In this document: piece by piece, positions 55,785 to 64,000 of the stretch
Position numbering within the stretch: position 1 is the first letter of the stretch
How the letters are laid out: each line of letters opens with the position of its first letter
From: Eledone cirrhosa
Taxonomy: Eukaryota
Direction: 5' to 3'
DNA: 64,000 bases
Assembly: GCA_964016885.1 (NCBI GenBank)
Contig: OZ024752.1
Location: 9,114,001-9,178,000 of the forward strand
Position numbers and translations under genes: made by a program
Notes under the pieces: model-generated
Databases searched by the model: none
Told to the model about the DNA's origin: nothing
Seen by the model: only the letters and a program-made list of their open reading frames with translations

Positions 55785-56503
55785 ACTGTCTCTGGTGCAG
55801 GCAAGGAATCACAATGAGGATCAAGGTGAGAGTGTATGCTGCATGTGTACTGTCAGCTTTGCTGTATGCATGTGAGACATTGGTTGCCCACAAATGGTAT
55901 ATCCACAGACTGGAATGGTTTCACCAGCAGTGTCTCAGAAAGATGCTCAGTATCAAGTGGCAGATGCATGTGAGTGATGTTGAGGTAATTGAGAGAAGTA
56001 AGTGTCGGAGCATTGAGAGTATCATCCACCAACGGCGTTTGTGATGGACTGGACACCTCTGCAGAATGGAGGATGATCGAATCCCAAAACAACTCTTGTA
56101 TTGCGAGATTTGTGAGGGTAAGAGACCACCTCACAAGCCAAGGCTCCGATTCAAGGACTCATTGAAAAAAACTGATTTGATGATGGCTGACTGGGAGATA
56201 GAAGCTCTTGAAAGAGAAACTTGGCGTGGAATGGTGAATGATGGGGTTCATAATCTTGAGGACAGACGCATAGAGTACGAGAAGATCAAACGGGATGTGC
56301 TTAAGCAATGCCCTAGAGTATCTCTCGAAATGATCAGTCTCTCCATTAAATAGAAGTGCCCTGAGTGTGGAAAGATTTGCTTGAGCAAATCTGGTCTCAG
56401 GAGCCACATTCGCAGTCAGGTTCAAAGAGAACCAGTGAACTATGATCTCCACGGTGTTGTGAGGGTTCACGGGCAACCTGATGCAGGATCTCAAGTCAGG
56501 GAG
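55785..56503 (+). mobile_element. LINE 3' fragment (RTE-type) with C-terminal C2H2-like finger
   Basis: LLYACET, RIPKQLLYCE, and CPECGKICLSKSGLRSHIRS in broken frames. Confidence 0.8.
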
Positions 56504-56552
56504 ATACATATATACATATATATATTTACATATATATATATATATATATATA

Positions 56553-59008
56553 ATATGAAGACGTCGCATCTCAGAGTTGCAACACTTAATGTTGGCACTC
56601 TCAGAGGTAGATCTGCTGAAATAGAGGAGATGCTGGAGAGAAGGCATGTGTGGATGTGTGCTGCATGCAAGAGGTGAGATGGGGAGGTGCCTCTGCGAGA
56701 CTAGTCGTAGGCAAACGTCTTAGCTATAAGCTATTCTGGGTAGGTAAGGATGATGGGTTAGGGGGAGTAGGCATTTTCCTGGCTGAGAAATGGATCAATA
56801 AGACAATAGATGTAGTTCGAGTTAGTAATCGAATAATTAAGCTTAGATTAATTGTAGGTAGGAGACTACTGACAATCATCTCGGCCTATGCTCCGAGAGT
56901 GACCTGGTGGTGGAACAGCACAGTAGATAAGGCCATTAGAGACAAAAGACTAGCATGGAAGGCTTGGAAAAAGGGTGGGAGTAGGGAAGAATATACAGCC
57001 ACTAAGAGAGAAGCTAGACGTCAGGTGTACTTAGCACACAGGGAGGCGGAGAGTAGGAGGTTTGCCAATGTTCTGCGACGGGAAGATCAGAGGCGTGCGG
57101 TGTTCCACATTGCAAGGCAGTGTGTCAATGCAAATCAGGTTGTTGTTGGAGATAAATGTGTCCGGGATGATGCCGGTGTACTTAGTGTCACGAATGACCA
57201 GAAAAAGGAGGCCTGGAAATGTCATTATGAGAGACTGATGAATGTGGAGAACGAATGGGAGAGAGAGAAATTACCCTTAGTAGATCCGACAGAGGGACCA
57301 GCTATTGAGATTGACGAATATAGGGTCCAAGAGGCGATTAGGGAAATGAAAAATGGTAAGGCTGCTGGACCATCGGGAATAGTTGCTGAGATGCTGAAGG
57401 CATCAGGGGACGTAGGCACTAAACTGGTTGCACGCATCATCAATCAGGCTATATATGGTGGTTTCATACAAAAAGACTGGTGCAGCAGTATTCTCATAAA
57501 TTGCTACAAAGGTAAAGGGGATGCTCTGGAGAGGAGCAATTATAGGGGTATAAAACTGATGGATCAGGTTATGAAAGTGGCAGAAAGGATATTAGCACAA
57601 CTAATTAGAGAAAGGGTCAAACTAGATGAGATGCAGTTTGGTTTTGTGCCTGGGAAGAGTACAACAGATGCCCTCTTCTTGGTGAGACAATTGCAAGAGA
57701 GGTTCTTAGAGAAAAATAAGCCACTATACTTAGCCTTTGTTGACCTAGAGAAGGCCTTTGATAGGGTACCCCGATCTGTCATCTGGTGGTCCCCAAGGAA
57801 GCTAGGTGTTGAGGAATGGCTTGTGAGGACTGCAAACTTTGTACAGAGGTACTCTTAGTAAAGTCAGGGTAGGAATGGAGTTTAGTGAGGAATTCCAGAT
57901 ACAAGTAGGAGTACATCAAGGTTCGGTCCGTAGCCCGCTCTTGTTCATTATAGTCCTCCAAGCCATAACAGAGGAGTTTAAGACTGGCTGTCCATGGGAA
58001 CTTCTCTATGCTGACGATCTGGTTCTTATAGCAGAATCAGTAGAGGAGCTAGAGAATAAATTCTGGCTATGGAAACAGCAGTTGGAAGCAAGAGGACTGA
58101 GAGTGAACCTAGCTAAGACAAAAGTGTTGATAAGTAGAAAAGATGACAAAACCCTGATTCCGTCAGGGAAATGGCCATGTTCGATATGCAGAAAAGGAAC
58201 TGGCATAAATTCTATAAAATGCACACAATGCAGATCCTGGGTACACAAGAGATGTAGCAGGATAGCAGGCAAACTAACAGGTAGGGAGAAATATGTATGC
58301 AGGAGATGTACAGGGAAATTAGACAGTAGAAGTCGCATTGATAGACACATTTTTCAGATGCAGGAGGGCGCTATAGAAGTGGAGGATAGCTTCCGGTACC
58401 TAGGAGATAAGATTAGCATGGGAGGAGGGTGTTCTGAGGCCATAGTATCTAGAATAAGGATGGGTTGGAAGAAGTTTAGGGAGCTGCTTCCTCTGTTGAC
58501 GAAAAAGGGTTTATCACTGCGTACGAAAGGCCGGTTGTATGATGCCGGTGTGAGGAGCGCGATGCTGCATGGTAGTGAGACATGGGAAGCAACTGCAGAG
58601 GATATGCGATGGCTGGAGAGAAATGAGGCAAGAATGCTCCATTGGATGTGCAGTGTAAATGTGCGCGAACGACACAGCATAAATGTGTTGAGAGAGAAAC
58701 TGTGTCTGAGAGGGATAGAATGTAGTGTACGGGAGAGGAGACTGAGGTGGTATGGACATGTGATGCGCATGGAGGATGACCGATGGGTGAAGAAGTGCCA
58801 GGAATTGCCAGTTGAAGGAAGACATGGTAGAGGTAGACCACGAAAAACATGGGCAGAGGTGGTGAGAACAGACCTCAGATCATTGAAGCTCACGGTGGAG
58901 ATGATGAAGGACCGTGACGAGTGGAGAGATGCTGTGCTGAATAAGACCCATCCCACCCTTGCAGGCAGGGAAAAGCGGACGTAAAATGATGATGATGAAG
59001 ATGATGAT
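56553..59008 (+). mobile_element. RTE LINE (second family) with internally deleted APE, RT, PHD-like finger, (GAT)n tail
   Basis: TLNVGTL, VCCMQE, AYAP joined directly to TWWWN (deletion), LYADD. Confidence 0.93.
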
Positions 59009-59027
59009 ACATACATATATAAATGTA

Positions 59028-60374
59028 AGTAAGCCACTCTACTTGGCATTTGTCGACCTTGAGAAAGCCTTTGACAGAGTTCCACGTGCTGTAATCTGGT
59101 GGGCTCTTCGAAAACTAGGAGTAGATGAATGGCTTGTTAAAGCGGTACCAGCCATGTATAGGGGAGCAGTCAGCAAAGTTAGGATTAGCAATGAGTATAG
59201 CGAGGAATTTAGCGTACAGGTTGGGGTCCACCAGGGCTCTGTTCTTAGCCCCCTCCTGTTCATCATAGTCCTGCAGGCAATAACGGAGGACTTTAAGACC
59301 GGATGCCCATGGGAACTCCTCCTGTATGCTGATGACCTCGCACTTATAGCTGAATCTATGGTAGAACTAGAGAATAAATTCCAAACTTGGAAGCAGGGAC
59401 TAGAAAGAAAGGGCCGCAAAGTCAACAGTTGTGCTGGGACAGCAAGCAGCAAACAGCCACAGGAAACAAGTACCACCAATCTCTAGGAGGGCTCTGTAGA
59501 AACAGTAGACAGCTTCTGCTACCTAGGTGACCGAATTAGCAGCGGAGGTGGGTGTTCAGAAAGTACAATAACTAGGGTAAGAACGGGATGGAAGAAGTTT
59601 AGGGAACTACTACCACTGCTAGCTGCAAAAGGCTTCTCCCTCAGAATGAAAGGCAGACTGTATGATGCGTATATCCGAACAGCAATGTTGCATGGTAGTG
59701 AGACCTGAGCGCTGAAGGTGGAAGACTTATGTAGATTAGAGAGAAACGAAGCCTGCATGCTCCGATGGATGTGTAACAGTAATATACGTGAACGACAAAG
59801 CATAAATGCATTGAAAGAGAGACTGAGCATAAGAAGAATCAAATGCTGTGTGCAGGAGAGGCGGTTGTGCTGGTATGGACATGTGATGACAGCTGCATAA
59901 AAAGGTGCAGAGCACTAGAAGTCGATGGCAACGCGGAGTGGGGAGACCCAAGAAGACCTGGGATGAGGTGATAAAAGCTGACCTTACCCAATTACACCTC
60001 TCAAAGGCAATGACACATGACCGTGACCTCTGGCGTCACGCAGTAATACAGAGTACCCAACCTCCCATGGGTACAAGCTGAAGCATATAAACAACAAGCC
60101 CCCACCGCAAGGTGGTCGTGGAGGTGCCACGGCAAAAAAGCACCCAGCCCACACTGTAAAGTGGACATGTAGGCGCCACGAAAAAGCACCCAGCACTCAC
60201 TGTAAATGAGGTTGGTGTTAGGAAGGGCATCCAGCTGTAGAAATCAAGCCAAATCAGTTCCTGTATGAGCAAGGCATGGTCAGCCGACCAGCTACTGCCC
60301 ACAACAGGACAACCCGTCTAACCCATGCTAGCGTGGAAGAACGGACGTAAAACGATGATGATGATGATGATGAT
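59028..60374 (+). mobile_element. 5'-truncated RTE LINE
   Basis: Same family as 20626-22177; (GAT)n tail then (TA)/(TACA) repeats. Confidence 0.92.
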
Positions 60375-60385
60375 AAATATATATA

Positions 60386-60419
<34 letters not shown>

Positions 60420-60612
60420 AATATATATATACATACATATATAAATATATATATACATACATACATATATAAATATATATATACATACATATATAAATAT
60501 ATATATACATACATATATAAATATATACATACATACATATATAAATATATATATACATACATACATATATAAATATATATATACATACATATATAAATAT
60601 ATATGTATGTAT

Positions 60613-62040
60613 ACAACTAATCAGAGAGAGAATTGATCTAGATGAAATGCAGTTCGGGTTTGTGTCAGGCAAAAGTACCACAGACGCTCTTTTCATTGTA
60701 CGACAACTACAGGAGAAGTACCTAGCTAAAAGTAAACCCCTTACTTAGCTTTTATCGACTTGGAGAAAGCCTTCGACAGAGTCCCCCGTTCCATTATATG
60801 GTGGGCTCTTAGAAAACTAGGTGTTGATGTATAAAGAAACAGTCAGCAAGGTTAGAATTAACAACGAATATAGTGAAGAGTTTAGCGTAAAAGTTGGTGT
60901 TCATCAGGGCTCTGTTCTTAGCCACGTACTATTTATTATTGCCCTTCAGGCTATAACAGTGGAGTTCAAGACCGGCTGCCCATGGGAACTCCTATACGCA
61001 GATGATCTAACGCACATAGCTGAATCAATGGCCGAGTTAGAGAAGAAATTCCAAACATGGAAGCACGGCCTAGAATCAAAAGGCCTTAAAATTAACCTGG
61101 TTAAGACTAAAGTTCTAGTTTGTAGGAAAGAAAATGAGGCGCCGGTCCCTTCTGGGAAATGGCCATGCTCAGTGTGTAGGAAAGGAGTAGGTAGAAACTC
61201 CATTTTATGTCCCAAATGCAAAGTATGGGTGCATAAAAGATGTAGTGGGATCACAGGTAAGCTAACTAAGAACATAGATTTTACATGTGGCCGGTGCTCT
61301 GGTGCAATAAGTAGCAGCAAGTGCCCACGAATTACTAGCTCTTTCAATTGTGCAGAGGGTTCTATAGAAATAGTGGACAGCTTCCGTTACCTGGGTGACA
61401 AAATCAGCAGTGGGGAGGGTGCTCTGAAAGTACAGTAGCTAGAGTCAGAACTGGATGGAAAAAGTTCAGATAGCTTATACCACTATTAGCCGCTAAAGGG
61501 TTCTCCCTAAAAATGAAAGGCAGGCTGTATGATGCCTGCATACGAACAGCAATGTTGCCTGGCAGTGAGACCTAGGCATTGTGTGCAGAGGATATACGCA
61601 GACTAGAGAGGGACGAAGCTTGCATGCTACGCTGGATGTGTAATAGTAATATACGTGAATGGCAAAGCATAAACGAACTAAGGGAAAAATTAGAAATAAG
61701 AGGGATCAGATGTTGTTTACTCGAGAGAAGGCTACGTTGGTATGGTCACGTGATGCGCACGAAAGACGACAGCTGTATAACAAAGTGCAGGGCAATAAAA
61801 ATAGACGGTAGCCATGTATTAGGCAGACCCAGAAAAACCTGGGACGACCTGATAAATTCCGACCTCACACACTTACACCTCTCCAAGACAATGTCACTGG
61901 ACCGAGATCTTTGGCGGTACTCAGTTATAGAGAAGACCCGCCTTACCTAAATACAAAGTAAAACCTACTACAGTCAGTAGGCATCTCTAACAAAATACAC
62001 CCCCACCCCATCCACACCGCCCCTTTCAATGTAAAGTTAT
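60613..62040 (+). mobile_element. RTE LINE fragment (family of 42470-47028)
   Basis: RT motifs in ORFs 60821..61438 and 61579..61950. Confidence 0.9.
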
Positions 62041-62049
62041 GTTGGTGCC

Positions 62050-62800
62050 ATATATATCCAATGAGGATATCTTCAACCAAGCGGCAGATTACTACAATAG
62101 GGCCCTGATAAGCGCCGGCTTTAACCGAGGAATTTCCTACATCCCTAACCACCCCCCTCATAAAACAAACGTTATAGTAAGCCATACCTATAACCGATCA
62201 TGCGGCGACCTCGTTGAAGTCGGATATAATAGAATAGATAACCGCACCAAAGATCACGACCCCGGCGACGGTGACCACTGTAGATTACTCAAACTATTCC
62301 CCTATTACAAAACCAACAAAGGCGACGGCCTACTACCAACGCCTTCCAACCAACATCTTCATGTACATAAACATGGAAGAGGTAGCAAGAGTGCACCCGA
62401 GCATAAAGTGAAAGGGGCACCGAACGGGCGACTGCGCATTAACACACATAACAGCGGTCACCTAGATGGAACCATCCGGCGGGCAGGCGCTGCAAAATAA
62501 CACCCAGGAAACAATCCTTGCATACCAGACCCAGCCTCAGACAAACAGATGCGGCTAAAAAAAAATAAAAAAAAAATTTTGCCCGGGAAAGACTGCCCTA
62601 ACACCGGCCAGAGTTACCACCCTTGACCTGCTGCAAAATCAAAACAAGATATTTTTGCGAGCAATGAAGCTTGATGTGGATTTAATCCCAAAAACTCTTT
62701 CCGAGCAATATAAGGAACATTTGTGATTATTTATACCCTTGAGAAGCCCAACTGGGCGAAACGTACGTAGGTGCTGTTTTAAATAAACATGTTTTAACGG
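62050..62800 (+). mobile_element. Penelope-like element remnant
   Basis: SNEDIFNQAADYYNRALISAGF resembles the PLE RT C-terminal region; hammerhead-like motif at the 3' end. Confidence 0.6.
62733..62774 (+). ncRNA. Candidate minimal hammerhead ribozyme (U3-A8 variant)
   Basis: TTGAGAA-GCCCAACTGGGC-GAAA-CGTACG-TA; palindromic stem III; weak stem I. Confidence 0.5.
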
Positions 62801-62834
62801 TCTATTCTCCGATTTTTTACTTTCCCACGTGCAT

Positions 62835-62888
<54 letters not shown>

Positions 62889-62892
62889 GTAC

Positions 62893-62924
<32 letters not shown>

Positions 62925-63055
62925 GCAAAAGTTTTATTTAAAATTGTTGGGTTACAACAAGTAAATATTTTATAACTGATATAAAGCACTCGACAAGTTT
63001 TTGGAGTAGATATACGATATTAAACAAATGGAAACTATATTTATAAAACCATATT

Positions 63056-63121
63056 TATTTCATTATACATATTTCAGGGATACCATATTAAAAATATGGC
63101 ATGCCTTCGTCAGATAAAATA
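63056..63121 (-). ncRNA. Type I minimal hammerhead ribozyme (left arm)
   Basis: Reverse complement of the right-arm motif. Confidence 0.7.
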
Positions 63122-63267
63122 CAATATATAAACAGTTTTATAAATAATTTTGACGTACCATAATATAAGCGACCATTAAATTAGGAGACTGCCTTGGTAG
63201 CCTCCCAATTTAATGGTCGCTTATATTATGGTACGTCAAAATTATTTATAAAACTGTTTATATATTG

Positions 63268-63333
63268 TATTTTATCTGACGAAGGCATGTCATATTTTTA
63301 ATATGGTATCCCTGAAATATGTATAATGAAATA
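63268..63333 (+). ncRNA. Type I minimal hammerhead ribozyme (right arm)
   Basis: Stem I tattttat/atgaaata, core CTGACGA, long stem II 63283-63313, GAAA, short stem III, UA cleavage site at 63324-63325. Confidence 0.7.
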
Positions 63334-63380
63334 AATATGGTTTTATAAATATAGTTTCCATTTGTTTAATATCGTATATC

Positions 63381-64000
63381 ATCATCATCATCATCACCGT
63401 TTTACGTCCGTTCTTCCACGCTAGCATGGGTTAGACGGGTTGTCCTGTTGTGGGCAGTGTCTGGTCGGCTGACCATGCCTTGCTCATACAGGAACTGATT
63501 TGGCTTGGTATCTACAGCTGGATGCCCTTCCTAACACCAACCTCATTTACAGTGAGTGCTGGGTACTTTTTTCGTGGCGCCTACACGTCCATATTATTGT
63601 TACACATCCATCGGAGCATGCAGGCTTCGTTTCTCTCTAATCTACGTAAGTCTTCCACCTTCAGCGCCCAGGTCTCGCTACCATGCAACATCGCTGTTCG
63701 GATACACGCATCATACAGTCTGCCTTTCATTCTGAGAGAGAAGCCTTTTGCAGCTAGCAGTGGTAGTAGTTCCCTAAACTTCTTCCATCCCGTTCTTACC
63801 CTAGTTATTGCACTTTCTGAACACCCACCTCCGTTGCTAATTCGGTCACCTAGGTAGCAGAAGCTGTCAACTGTTTCTACAGGGCCCTCCCAGAGATTGG
63901 TGGTACTTGTTTCCTGTGGCTGTTTGCTGTTTGCTGTCTCAGCACAGCTGCTGCATATGAATCCTACATTCTTAATTAAGCTTCCTGAGATCCCGCTACA
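63381..64000 (-). mobile_element. RTE LINE 3' part with internal deletion, runs off the window
   Basis: (CAT)n tail at 63381; same 3' UTR as 60180-60374. Confidence 0.9.

Larger units (their letters stand above)
63009..63380. repeat. 372-bp near-perfect inverted repeat centred at 63194/63195
   Basis: Arms of ~185 bp are reverse complements with only ~4 mismatches. Confidence 0.97.

Overview
This is an AT-rich animal genomic window, not a prokaryotic one. The RTE LINE families, tRNA-derived SINEs and very long (TA)n/(TACA)n microsatellites suggest an octopus or other cephalopod, which is an inference. Most ORF-track entries are transposon fragments or microsatellite artefacts. The repeats hide the 3' part of a spliced minus-strand gene for an Ig-superfamily single-pass receptor. 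It has an Ig-domain exon (54235-54561), a transmembrane exon (50030-50134), a juxtamembrane exon (41916-41972), four 36-nt tyrosine-motif micro-exons (38115-38150, 31830-31865, 26013-26048, 13600-13635) and candidate terminal exons (12297-12385, 9354-9540). Each micro-exon sits in one copy of a ~5.8-6.3 kb tandem duplication spanning ~12.8-41.5 kb. The copies differ only by non-synonymous changes while flanking intron is near-identical, and spliced in series they build overlapping ITAM/ITIM-like motifs. The window also holds a Gypsy LTR retrotransposon with solo-LTR and empty paralogous sites, many RTE copies with an embedded PHD-like finger, and a Penelope-like fragment. There are three candidate minimal hammerhead ribozymes, two of them in a 372-bp palindrome. 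Other repeats are a mariner relic, piggyBac-like and hAT-like MITEs, and several minisatellites.
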